DNA from: Gnetum montanum
Lineage: Eukaryota > Plantae > Gnetophyta
Direction: 5' to 3'
NCBI GenBank assembly: GCA_015680685.1
Contig: MNCI01002989.1
Location: forward strand, 393,484-457,483
DNA: 64,000 bases
Part shown: positions 14,550-26,803 of the stretch, piece by piece
How positions within the stretch are numbered: position 1 is the stretch's first letter
How the letters are laid out: every line of letters starts with the position of its first letter
Notes under the pieces: generated by a model
The model's database searches: none
Told to the model about the DNA's origin: nothing
The model's input: the letters and a program-made list of their open reading frames with translations, nothing else
Program-made: the position numbers and the translations under genes

Positions 14550-14825
14550 GGTCATTAGCAGGGGCCTCTTCCTCATTGGCTGGGCCCCTTTCTTCATTAG
14601 TAGCGGCCTCTTCCTCATCGGCTGGGGCCCTTTCTTCATTAGCAGAGGCCTCCTCTTCGTTGGTAGGGACCTCTTCCTCACCAGCCAAGGCCCTTTCTTC
14701 TATGACAGAGGCCCCTTCTTCGTCGGCTGAGGCCCTTTCCTCTACAACCGGAACCTCTTCATTTTCGCCAGTTGCCCCTATTCTAGGGGCCATCACCTCT
14801 TCTTCCCCTTCTTCTTCTTCTTCTG
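14550..14825 (-). repeat. Coding 21-bp minisatellite (E-E-E/R-A-P/S-A-N/D heptads)
   Basis: Repeated ggcctcttcctcatt / ggccctttcttcatt units; ORF 14479-14796 translation. Confidence 0.8.
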
Positions 14826-17800
14826 CTAATAAAGCATAGTCATAATAGGCAAATTATACCAACTTGAAGCACATGCTACGTTGTGCAATGCTACCTAGTG
14901 TAGCACAGCATAGCGAATGTTGGCCAAATAATAAAATACACTTACCAATCGGAGGTTGCACTCTATGAAGTTTGAGTCGCATCTTCTTTCCCCCCTCTTC
15001 GTTTGTACAGGGAGTCTCTTCGACAAGGTGGGACCTCTTACATTGTAAGCTAGTTGCCACTATTTCTGTAATGAGGTGCTCTCCCCTTGTCACGTTGCCC
15101 ATGTTAATGGGAGGTGGCTCACCCATGCTGTCCTTGGCACAAAAAGCGTGTGCCACCCGATCCTTGGTCGTTATTGAAAATGATTCCCCAATGGCTTCTG
15201 GGGGATCTTGGGATCGTGTGGTACGAAAGACTTGGTAGATCCACGGTTTTGAAATCTAATTGCGGTCTTGTAGCACCCAGACAACATTCTCGCAGACTAC
15301 CAAGAATTCTACAAAACGCCAAAGGCTGGCTATAAAAAAGGTATGGTGCACATTGAAATGGGACTTAAGCTTCCTGCGGAGCTTAACCATTTCAGCTTGC
15401 AAGCCTTTGCAAAGGTATTTGACCTAATTATAGCGAGTCCCCTCTTCCATAACATCCCTCATTATCCAAGCTTATTCAACTCCAAGGATTTTTCCTTGGG
15501 AGAGTAGCTTGGGGAAGGCGTAGGTGCGGAAGAGAGGGTAAATCATTTTGGCCACCCCTAGCCTGACCTTCTCAATGTAGATCCCCTTTCGGTCCTTTGC
15601 TACCCCTAGCCACTCCTCAATGTCCCCCTGATGGTTTGCATCTTTCTTGGTTTTTTCTCCTATGGGGAGACCATTAGAAGGGACATCGAAAAGATCCACA
15701 AACAGTTGGTCATTGATTTCAAACACCACATGTACACCATGAACGCATGTACGGAAGTGGTCAGCCTTCTTGGAAAAGGAGTTAGCTAGGGAAAGCATTT
15801 TGATAGGGGGGGACACTTGGGTTGATGGCCAAAAATAAGTCCATGAGCCCAGCCTCTTGAAGGTTGTGGACAAGCGTGGTTGGGGCCCCATTGCAGAGCC
15901 AATGCTGGGTCTCCTCCAGCTCCCCGTACTTGAAAAAGAGGTTAGTTTTGTTACACATGGAGGTGATCACAGTGAACTCTTAGGATTTCCTCTCCCTTGT
16001 AATAGTTAGCAAAATAAAAAAAAGAGCAAAAAGGAAAAGTTAGCAAAAAAAAATGATGATCATCACTTGAACACACAACAACGAATTCACAGCTTAGTGT
16101 ACCAGGTTTAAATGGTGAAGGAAACAGTGGGAGATCCACTAACACGTCTTCAACGGTGAGCAGCTTGGGGGATGCCCACTCCCTATCCAACCAACTAGCT
16201 TCCTTACACTTCTCGTAAAATTGGGAATACCAGGTTGGGTAGGTTTTAAACTCACCCCCAAATTGGCCTATCACGCTAGCATGCACATTCCCAGTAGAGG
16301 AAAACTCCTGCAAGGTCGTTTGTGCCAATGCCAAGGCATCGGTATCACCGTGAAGACCATTCTTGTCAACATAAAATATAGAAATACAATATATATATAT
16401 ACACTCTATTAACACCTTTGTCTAGTGTAACATGGATTATACAACATGGTGAGATACCTTCACAGAACTCACCCACCAGCATAGTAAACGGTCCTAAGTG
16501 GGTTCTGAAAACAGGTGTCCATGTGACGGGCAACAAATAATGTGTTGTATAAATGGTAGCATTTATACTTGGGCATGTCCTAGATCCAACTTAAACATCT
16601 CAAGCTTTTTGGACGCTAGTTGAAGCCTTCTGCCTGCTCACCCCCGATTGACCCATCAGTAAAAAATTTCAAAATGCCCTGATTTGTCCCAGGCAACAGT
16701 GTTTCTGTGATTGCAGTTGTTGTCTTCCTTGATAAGTGTGACCAAATAATCACACTATAATAGTGGAGGAGGAACTGTAAGAAGTCCCGTGCACCCTCCC
16801 GGAACCAGACTGCTTGCCGTCCCACACGTGCATGGGGAGGAGGAATGTTGGCCATCAGTTCACTGAGGCAGCACAAGACTCTTACAATCTCAAGAACAAT
16901 TAGAATGGGCTTTAACATGACCCTGCACAACAAAACATCAAATGTTAGCACTGTGTTCGGGTGAAGTTTACATGTAGCGTAGTGTAGTCATCTATTCAAA
17001 TATAGCATAGCGTAACCTCTCTTTGCATGTAGCGTAGCATGTTCTCTTGGTCGCAAATTTTCTTTAATAGAAAATAGAGTCGAGCATCATAGGCGATATT
17101 ACAAAGTAGCACTTATAGCGTAGCATAGCCATTAGGTGCTGTACTACGTAACAACACTGACTACGCTTTACGATACACACCACAACATACCAGGTACGCA
17201 GCGTAACAATTACACATACGTTAAGGGTGACGACTATGATACCAATAGCGTAGCAAGATAGCGAATGAATGAGCATAGGTAGACACGTAACAATACAACG
17301 AACATACCCCTGTAGCAAACATAGCAACGTAGCAAGCGTAACAAAAAGAAGAAGAAGAAAATTACGGCCTTAAATAGCACAGAATCTTGTCGTATGAAAT
17401 AACTCATGCTATGCTACGATTAAGTACACATTACCCTAGCAAATTTTGTGAATGGCTAAACCCTTCCTAGAAATGGTACGCTGCGTCAAACGTGCACTAC
17501 ATCGCTTAGAATCGCCCAAACCCTTGTAACAATGACGGTTAAGGCGATGTTGCATGCAACCGTAGCATAGCACCTGTATGACTGCTATAGTCAACTAGCA
17601 GAAATAACGGCATGGCGGCTAAAACGATAACAATAACAATAACAACGTTTGGAAAACAAGGGCAGCATAGCAACTTATCGAGTAGATGGAGCCTCCTCTT
17701 GCACTTCGATGCACGCCTGGGACAGGCAACCCAGAGTGTCGTTCACCTCGTCTACTTTGGCAAGTCCTCAGTGCTTGCATTCACCCTTGGGTGCCATTGC

Positions 17801-17932
17801 CTTACTTGCAAATTCCTTGTTAACTGCTATGCTACACCAGTTTGCTCTCTCTCTGTGTAATTGCACTACGCTCTAGGTATGGGCCTTGGGCTCTGACAAT
17901 GAAAATGACAAGTTTACTAGGGGGTAAACCCC

Positions 17933-17940
17933 TATTTATA
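17933..17940 (-). promoter_or_regulatory. TATA box (TATAAATA) of the minus-strand gene
   Basis: ggcTATAAATAgggg on - strand, ~135 nt upstream of the ATG at 17797. Confidence 0.55.
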
Positions 17941-18110
17941 GCCAACGCGGTAAAATACTTGCCATTTCTATGACCCGATTAATGTGGGACATCCCTTGTA
18001 GCGTAGTGCTATTGTGTCGTAATAACACCTTAGCGTAGCGATTTTCTACAGTATAACAAGTGGGCCCACCAAAAAAATTTTGTTCCATCTTAAATTAGCC
18101 ATCTACTCAT

Positions 18111-18497
18111 TAACGGTTCGCTAAGACCTTAAATTGGCAATCTTGGTTTACATAGGATGTTAACCTACCATGTAGCCTAATGACGGTCCGCAAAGACCTT
18201 AAACTAACAAATTTTAGCTTTTAAAATCTACCTGTTAACGGTCCGCAAAGACCTTAAAGTAGCAGTTTTGGATTTTAACTCTACCTAGTAGCGGTCTACA
18301 AAGACCTTAAACTAGCAATTCTAGCATATGTTTTAACCTGGTCAACAATCCACCATGTCCTATATGGCATCTCACCACTCATTTTGTATCATAAACCAAA
18401 TTATATAATATGTGACGGTCCGCTACAACCTTAAACTGGCAATGTTAGCATTTGTTTTCAGTCTCAATGCGGTTCACTAAGACCTTAAACTGGTAGC
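18111..18497 (+). repeat. Array of 6 hairpin-motif repeats (consensus ACGGTCCGCWAAGACCTTAAACTRGCA) with variable spacers
   Basis: Copies start at ~18113, 18183, 18238, 18291, 18415, 18469. Confidence 0.9.
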
Positions 18498-18659
18498 TTC
18501 GACTTGCAAATTTTAATGATTATTTTATGTTGTATTCCAAATATTCATTGCATGCTATCGCTACAAATAGGTATCACTTGACTTGGCTTTTTCTCATTAT
18601 GAAAGGTTTGACAAAAATGGCTATGCATGATGATCTACATTTGCTTTTCACCTTGACAG

Positions 18660-21600
18660 GTCCTCATGGCAAGCTTACGAGACACCTAAACCCAGAATCA
18701 ATAAATTGGGAATCATCTATTGACAACACTGTAGTATCCCTGGAAACATCCCTAGATTGGCCTGAACATTTGGTCCAAGCCTTAGACTTAGAGGCCAAGG
18801 ATGTGACCGAGGACCCTCTCATTGAAGCACCCATAACGACATCCAGGGGGGAAATAAAGACTTTAAAACTTGGCTCCCTCCTAGATCCACAAATACAAGA
18901 GGATGTATCTAAGGTTCTCCAAAACAACGTTAAAGTGTTCACGTGGTCCTATAATGGCATGCTGGGCTTAGACCCATGGCTAATACAACATAATATTTTC
19001 ATAGACCCGCATATCAAAATAGTTAAACAAAAGGCTCGAGAAATTAAACTAGAAATCGCACTAGCTGTATGTGATGAAATTACCAAGCTATATCAAGCAG
19101 GCTTCATCTGCATGGTCGATTACTTGGAGTGGATATTGAACATCGTTGTGGTCTCCAAGAAAACGAGAGGTATACGAATTTGTATAGACTTTTGAGATCT
19201 GAACAAAGCAACGATTAAAGATGACTTCCCATTACCAAGTATTGACCAACTTATTGACACTACGATTGGTCATGCTTTACTATCCTTTATGGATGGGTTC
19301 TTAGGTTACAATCAAATCCGCATCAACCCAGAGCATTAGTTAACAACTACTTTCATGACCCCTTGGGGAACCTTTTGTTACACTATGATGCCCTTTGGTC
19401 TCAAAAACGTCGAAGCAACCTATCAACAAGCCATGACGTACATATTCAGCGACTACCTCTTAGAGAGACTAAATGATTATGTGGATGACATAGTAGTCAA
19501 GTCTAAGATGGTTATTGATCATCTAACCAATCTAGATGTAGTCCTCAAGCATTGTCACAGGCATGACTTGCATCTCAATCCAAAGAAATGTGTTTTCGAT
19601 GTTAAAACCATATGCATGCTAGGGTTTGTAGTATCGAAAGCTAGAATATGAGTGGACCTTGACAAAGTCAAGGCCATTGTTAACCTAGCATCCCCTACCA
19701 ACTTTAAAGAATTGCATGGGTTGCAAGGTAGAATATAGTTTATTAGAAGGTTTGTAGCAAAGTTGATTGACAAGTTACACCCCATGCAACACTTGTTAAA
19801 GAAGGGGGTTAAGTTTGAGTGGACGGCATAGTGTCAACAAGCTTTCAATGACTTAAAGAAAGAGCTTTTGCACCTCCCAACTATTTACCCACCATAGAGG
19901 GACAATAAGCCTTTTTACATCTACCTTGCCACTTCAGACACGTCTATCGCAGCATTGTTGTGCCAGAAGAGAAATGATGGCTCTAAAATCCCAGTTTATT
20001 ACTTGAGCCATGCAGTGATAGCTTATGAGGCGAAATACAACAAAGTAGAAAGAAATTGTCTCGCCCTAGTATTTGCGCTAAAAAAATGGAGACATTACAT
20101 GTTCTATAGCAAGGTTAACATTATATGAAAGAGCAACATACTTTGGGCTATCATGAACAACTTATACGAGTGTAGTAGGATAGCCCGATGGAAAGCTATA
20201 ATGATGAAATTCGATTTACACTATGTAGCCCAATCATCAACGAAAGGACAAGCGATAGCTACACAGCTCACAACCTCACTCATCGATGATCGGGTAACTA
20301 TAGAGCCAGAATTCCTCGACGAACATGTTAACAACATCAATCCTATACCATTACACTTTGAAGCCACTTTGCATTTTGACAGCACCTCAACCACACAAGG
20401 TGGTAGTGCTGCTGCTGTCATTACATTCCCCTCTGGAGACATTCGACCTTTCGCTTACTGTTTTACGTTCCTTTGTATAAATAATGTAGCTAAGTACGAA
20501 GGATTCCTTAAGGTCTTTTAGTAGCCCAGGAATTAAAGATCCAACATTTGGTAGTTCGAGGCGATTCCCAACTCATTGTCAATCAGATTACTAAAATCTA
20601 TGCCTGTAAAGCATCACATTTACAACCTTATTGTGACTTGGCCAAAAGTTTGCTAAAATAGTTTACAACTATAGACATCCAGCATGTGCCAGGCAATGAG
20701 AACACTATAGTAGATGCCTTAGCCATGCTAGCATTAAACATGCCGCCACACCTGTTCACAACTTTACCTGCTTCGATAACGGAATGCATAGACCCTATCA
20801 GTCAAGTAGTACACGTCACCTTCGTGAGTGCTATTGATGCCCAAGAGTGGTACGCTAATGTTAAAGCCTACCTTCAACATGGCAAACTCCCACATGGCTT
20901 GACATTCGCTCAAAAGGATGCAATCTGAAAGTGAGCCCAACAGTATGTTCTTATAGGAGACAATACCTTATGCAAACGCTTCTTTGATGGGATATTGCTA
21001 TCTTGTGTTAGTGGGGAAGAAGCACAAAAAATCGTTAGCAAAGTCCATGAAGGACTATGTGGAGGACACATAGCTCCCAGGGCTATGGTAGCAAAAATTA
21101 GATGCCTAGGATATTACTAGCCTTGCATGGAACGAGATTGCCTTGCCAAAGTTAGGACATGTGATACATGCCAACGTTATGCAAATCTTATACATGTTTC
21201 ACCTATTAAGTTGCATCTTACACAAATTACGTGGCCATTCCAACGATGGGGGCTAGATATCATAGGACCCATCACACCTAAGTCTTCCACAGGACATAGC
21301 TTCATCATCACCGCCACCGAGTACTTCACAAATTGGGCAGAGGCTATCTCCTTTAGGAAAACTACATCTCAATAGGTTTGCCACTTTATCTTGGACAACA
21401 TAGTAACAAGGTTTGGTCTTCCCATGACTATTGTGATAGAAAATGGGCCATAGTTTAGTAGTGCGGAAACCAAAACCTTTTGTAGCAACCTTGGCATCAA
21501 GAAATCCTTTTCATCACCATACTACCCACAGGAAAATGGACAGTTAGAGGCAACAAAAAGGGCCATCATCAACTTGCTCAAAAGGATGCTTAGCAATAGT

Positions 21601-22089
21601 AAAGGACAATGGCACAAGCAAATCCTCTACGTGTTGTGGGCTTACCATATGACATGTAGAATGGCCACAGGTAAGACTCCTTATAGCTTGGTCTACAGAT
21701 CTGAAGTGGTGTTACGACTTGAATTGTAGGTATCGTCACTTTGAATGATCCTTTCAAGCATCGTGAACGAGGCCCAGAACAACGAGTCAAGGATCATTGA
21801 CCTCGACTCCATAAAAGAGGAGCATGCTCAAACACTTGGTTGTATTGAACGGTACTAAGAAAAAAAATGGAAAAAGCATCATTCCAATCTACATCGATGA
21901 CCAATCATAAAAGGGGACCTAGTTATCAAAGCTGTTCGTGAGCATGTAAGCAAGTTCTCAGCAAACTAGGAAGGTCCATTCATAGTCACGAAGGCCTATG
22001 AGAATGGAGCCTTCAAACTGGCAGACATGGATGGCAAAGAGTTTGAAAATCTTGTGAACCACTTGTACCTCAAGCCATACTACATCTGA
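18660..22089 (+). pseudogene. Ty3/gypsy Tat-lineage (Ogre/Retand-type) pol: RT, RNase H, archaeal-type RNase H, integrase; gag and protease absent
   Basis: VFTWSYNGMLGLDP, IRICIDF, TPWGTFCYTMMPFGLKN, YVDD, LNPKKCVF (RT); RH; LHFDS..NNVAKYEG..RGDSQLIVNQ..N..DALA (aRH); H..H..CDTC, WGLDIIGPI, TEYFTNWAEA (INT). RH-aRH-INT order is the Ogre/Retand arrangement. Confidence 0.9.
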
Positions 22090-22110
22090 TGTAAAAGCAA
22101 GGTAAGCCAT

Positions 22111-22320
22111 AGATAGTTCGCTATGACTATAAACTAGCACAGACCATCCGCTATGACATAAAAATGGCACAGACGGTCCACTATGACCTTAAATTGGCCC
22201 ATCCACCATCCGCTACGACGATAAACTAGCACAGCGGTCTACTAAGACCTTAAACTAGCACAACATTCTGCTGGGACCTTAAACCAATACATCTGATGGT
22301 CTACTAAGACCTTAAACTGA
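22111..22320 (+). repeat. Second array, 7 copies of the same hairpin motif, ~30-bp period, immediately after the pol stop
   Basis: e.g. gacggtccactatgaccttaaattggc, gcggtctactaagaccttaaactagca. Confidence 0.9.
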
Positions 22321-23675
22321 GTTTGCGGAACAACGCTCTCAACTCGCATCCACGATCCCACAAACAAGCGAGCGTGCACAGTGCCAACATGGGGTGGGAC
22401 ATTACAGTTTTAGAATGCAGTTCACGATGATAAGAAAACACCCTCTGGAACATATGCAACGCATCTTGCTGATCCTCCAGAGATGTCTTTTGACATCTTG
22501 CTGACCTTCCAGAGCTACCGCTACCACAGCTCGTTACCTTGGTAGTAGCTCCTGTTGTCAGTGCTTGCTACTAGAGTCCTAGCACTATTGTGGCCCAGCC
22601 ATCATCCAAGCCCCCGCCATCATCCAAGCTCAAAAGATGTTCAGCTGATAGACCTCTTAGCTTACAGCTGAACTGCATGATGTTTGCCCTTGGCAGGGCC
22701 TCCTGAGCACTCTCATCATTGCAACTCCTAGCCTCCCCAGTGCCAACCCCTTTAGTCTACTGCTACCAGAACTGCTGTTGGCCTTCCTAGTTTGGATGTT
22801 GCATGTTTCAGCAACAATGCTCCCAACCTCAGTAGTGTTTGAAGCAAGTGGAATCCTTTCCTCACCTCATTTCATGGTTACATTTTCCTAGTCTGCTTTC
22901 TATTGTGTTTGTAGGATACAGGCTGAGGTGGCGTCGGTCAGAGATGCATTTTGCCAGGAAGACAGGTCACTGCATTGTTCCAAGGTGACTGTTTTAACTA
23001 GCTTGGCTACTTGGGAGTGCACATCCCATCCTACTTCTTAACCTTCTTCACCTTGTTTCTCACACCCGTAGTTTCCCATTTCACATATCTTTTACAAGCT
23101 TGCCCGATGCATATAAAAGCCTTTCCACATGCTCAACCGCAAAGTCCATGATGCACGTAACGCAGCTCGCCGCATGGGAAGCACTTGTAGGTAGGTCAAA
23201 GCCCCCCACATGGATGTAACATAATTCATCTCGGGGAGGAAACACCCATCTTGCAACATTAAGGTTGTTTGCAAGTGAACGTGGTTAAACAACAGAAGAA
23301 AAGAACAAAAGCATGAAAGAGCAAAAGAGCTAAAAAAAATGTGTCCAAAACAAATGGGACATCAGCTATTTCACAACGACCATCTCTAAGAATTTTGACG
23401 AGAGGTCAAAAGCTAGCAAAAGAAAGATGCCCTTGTGTATCGACTCCCTCACAAGCACTTTGATGAGGGAACGCACTATGTTACATCTTTTCCTTTTCTG
23501 AACCTGTTCCCTCAACTCCATCCTTTCCCTCTTTCCCTACATGACTACCCTGATACTCCCAAGCACAGAAAAGTGACAGCTAAGTGACCACTAGAGAGTG
23601 ATGTTGGCGTCTTATCCTTCATGGTGTTTCATATTCTTTGTTGATGTCTCTTAGGTAGATCCTCTAGACATCGAC

Positions 23676-23684
23676 AAAGAGGGG
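23676..23684 (+). promoter_or_regulatory. Polypurine tract of the Tat/Ogre element
   Basis: aaagagggg followed by ccag-TGaaacacc, similar to Tat PPT/LTR junctions. Confidence 0.65.
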
Positions 23685-23688
23685 CCAG

Positions 23689-25560
23689 TGAAACACCATA
23701 AAATTTTAGGACCCTCATGCTTTAGCAGAGTCTTGGAATTTGGGCAAGGATTTCCACAAGTGCAGCGTCATGATGAGCTGACAGAATAAAGGGCACCAAG
23801 GATAGACTGTACAGTTTGGCAAGTTTTCTATCTCCAGGGCTAACAGGCCTGCTGGACTTTCTAGTCTGCCCAACCAGACAATTGACCCAACTGGCAGTCT
23901 ACCCAAGGACCATGATAGGAGTTGTCAAAAGTGTTCGGGATGAGCAAAACAGTTCGGCAAGTTTTCTAGCATAGAAGTTTGCTATGCTACGCTACGCTGC
24001 GCAGCATAACAAGCCTCGAAGAGATCAATCAAATGTCCAAGATGTAAGTTGATGACAAATTGGTTTTCCAAAGCATTTGCCCATATGTTGAAACCGTTAA
24101 GCAAAATTTTTCTACTAACACAGGGTGCTACGCTATGTAGCGTAGCAGCGCGTAACAGGGACAAAGAGCACAAAGGCCCCCCCCCTTTGGCAAATGACTC
24201 CAACAAGAAGATTACACTTGGCAATGCTTCGGCCTCCAAAACTGTTTGTCCCACTTAGCCCTCAGGCCTCGAGCAAGGTTTCTTGGTAGAAAATGGCAGG
24301 ATTGAACAAGGAAGCATGATACACTGGCTACTACGCTGTGCTATGCTACGTAGCGTAGTAGAGCGTAGCAACAATGCAAAAGCAACAAAAATATCCCAAA
24401 GGTGAATTCAGCAAGTTCAAAGGATTTCCAGCATATGGAGGACAAAGGTTGCAGTTGTTTACTTGACCAAGCCTCACACAAATGCTCTTGGCTACTATGC
24501 AAGTTTTCTATCAAGACCAGTGGCTACCCTATGCTACGCTACGCAGCGTAGCACAGCGTAGCGAGTAGTTACTTACGCTACGCCAATGTGCTGAACAGTG
24601 TAGGTAGTGCAACATTTGCATGGAAGCATCAAGACATCCTTGGTGTCTATAACTTGTTGGCAATGATTATTCTTGCCTTGATATCTCTTTGGCGGACAAA
24701 ATCAGTAAGTTTTCTTTACTTTGCATACCCTTGATCAATCCCCAAAAAATTGTTCCTACGCTTGACCCTGCTTGTAAGAGTAGCGAAGACGTAGCCTTGG
24801 AGCATAGGCTCCATTTTGCTTGCATTGATGGCATGCTGGATCTTGGCACATGCAGTTTTGACAGTATGGTCACAACGTAACAAAGCTCACCTCTAGCATC
24901 TCACACCTACATAGTATAGCCATATTTGCACCTTGTGGGGCCCATGAGACATGGCATCCAGACCACATTTTTCTCCTACTCCTAGCCCTATAAATACCTC
25001 GACAAACAATGCTTGGGGGGTTGGCAAAAAAAAAGTGGGCTGCTAGGTTGACTGTTGGCTTTTAGCATTGATTGGCTTTTAAGTTGGCTTTCGGAGAGCA
25101 TAGTTGGCAATTTTTGGCACTCTGGTTGGCTTTGAGTTTGCTGGTTGGCTCCACAGTTTAGAGATCTATGAGCATATGGATATGTGTAAGCTGTCCCTCT
25201 TTTGTGTTGCATGTTTTGTTGTACACCTTTTAGCAACGCAAAGGATCAAACTCGTGACCTTGGGGCGGTGCACTTTCTCACCCAAGTTTTTTTTGCTATT
25301 TCATTACCATCATCATTTTTTTGCATTATTTTCACCACTTTACATTTGTCGATCATTGATTTACTTTGCCTATCTCACTTCCGAAACAAACGTTTACGAA
25401 AGATTAAGATACACTGATTAAGTCCTTGTCTGATAGACCAGACTATTTAGGGCACCCTGCTTCCATTTGTCTCTAGCACGACCCTCGCACGGATTCAGGG
25501 TTAAACTGTTCACCCAGCAACCTCTCGGTGTTCCAACCACCAATGTTTTCGGTCGCTACA
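23689..25560 (+). mobile_element. 3' LTR of the Tat/Ogre element (~1.87 kb); no 5' partner in the window
   Basis: Follows the PPT; TG start; TATAAATA at ~24989; ends ttttcggtcgctaCA, directly abutting satellite sequence. Confidence 0.65.
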
Positions 25561-25962
25561 TGTGTTTCTTGCATAGTCCTCACTTTTTGACCTACTCACA
25601 TTCCTCTTTGCCTATTGCTGTTGGTAGGGATGACCTACCTATGACATGGCTACTGCACTACCATGAGGCATCACATTAGGATTCTCCAAGCCAATAATTG
25701 TAGCAAACTTATAATAAGAGAAATACTCATGACCACTAGAATCATGACCCAAAATCGTAGCCATGCTTTTTATGCAATTGATGCAACCTATCACCTTTCA
25801 CTACCATCCCACCACTACTACATGATATTTCACCCTTTCTTAATTGTGTGTGTCATCATTTAATGTAAGTCATACTATCATTTCTTTGCCACTGCTTGTG
25901 CACCACTCATTGGTTTCATGCTCTTAATGTTGTATCATCCTATGCCATCCTTGCCAGGCATC

Positions 25963-26784
25963 TGATGAGTCATGATATTGGGTCCGCGATATCGAAGCCT
26001 GCCAAGCAACATTAAACACTCGATGTCAGAACCTGTCTCATTGCCTATAAATAAGAGATAGGGGTGCTTGGTTTGGTAGTTAGTTTTCTTAGTCCCTTGC
26101 CTGAACTCTTGCAGTTTTTCTTTTCCAGAGTTAGAATTATTTTTGAGTGTCCATAGTAGGAGTCATAAAGTGAACAGATCTTTATTTGAGCATTGTGTAC
26201 CTAAGCACACCTTGTGACCAGAAATAAAGACGAACTTTGTGATAAACCTTGCAACATTCAAAATAGCTTATTTATTGCATTTAATGTTATTTACAGTTAT
26301 TTAACGCTTTCATTAGTTAATTGATGTTGTTTTTATAGAATTATTAATTTTCAACAAGTAAGCACACTTAGTACGACCACTTCAAGCATACGTGGAACAC
26401 TTGGTAACCTAGTAATGACTAGTGTTTGGTAATCCCAATAGTGTTACACTGGTTCAGGATGTGTCCGACAAGTGGGAACGGATGTTGGTGTTAGGACTAG
26501 CTAGAGCATAGTTGATTAGTTAAATTAAATTAGTTACTCACTTATTTCATTTCTCCACTTTAAGCACCGGAAACATAAAACATAAAAAGCCATAAAAATC
26601 ACATACCTTAGGTTTACTTAACCATACAATCGTGCCATACAAGTAAGCTTGGAAAGACAATGATCACATAACCCATCCTTGTTCTGTGAAGGCACATAAG
26701 CACTTAGTCCTTGGAGTTTGATCGGATCACACGTGAACGCTTGTATTCGTATGGTTGGACATAGGGGTACCTCGTTGCTCATCA
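25963..26784 (+). repeat. 5' LTR of element A
   Basis: tgatgagt...gctcatca; matches 36012-36730. Confidence 0.92.
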
Positions 26785-26803
26785 TTGGTGTTGTTGCCAG
26801 GGA
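26785..26803 (+). promoter_or_regulatory. Primer-binding site, Athila-type (TGGCGCCGTTGCCGGGGA-like, tRNA-Asp)
   Basis: ttggtgttgttgccaggga right after the LTR. Confidence 0.8.

Larger units (their letters stand above)
13657..17797 (-). pseudogene. Decayed multi-exon gene, probably a retrotransposon extra ORF: FCP1/NIF-like HAD domain + plant-transposon-protein-like domain + Glu/Ala-rich repeat. Approximate exons 17797-17679, 16922-16473, ~16375-16146, ~15996-14946, 14823-14451, 14270-14136, 14053-13657
   Basis: Regularly paired minus-strand splice signals (GTAAG/GTGAG donors, pyrimidine-rich CAG acceptors); exon 1/2 phases match though the first donor is mutated; MAPK.. start below a TATA box. 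KPILIVLEIVRVL..VWFREGARDFLQFLLHYYSVIIWS..YNTLFV..QNP..TTLQEFSSTGNVHASVIGQFG resembles plant FCP1-homology proteins. VHGVHVVFEINDQLFVDLFDVPSNG..GTRYN*VKYL resembles gypsy extra-ORF proteins. Confidence 0.6.

Noticed and set aside
18111-18497. CRISPR-like repeat-spacer appearance
   Set aside because: Eukaryotic retrotransposon context, no cas genes, irregular and partly self-similar spacers, degenerate repeats.
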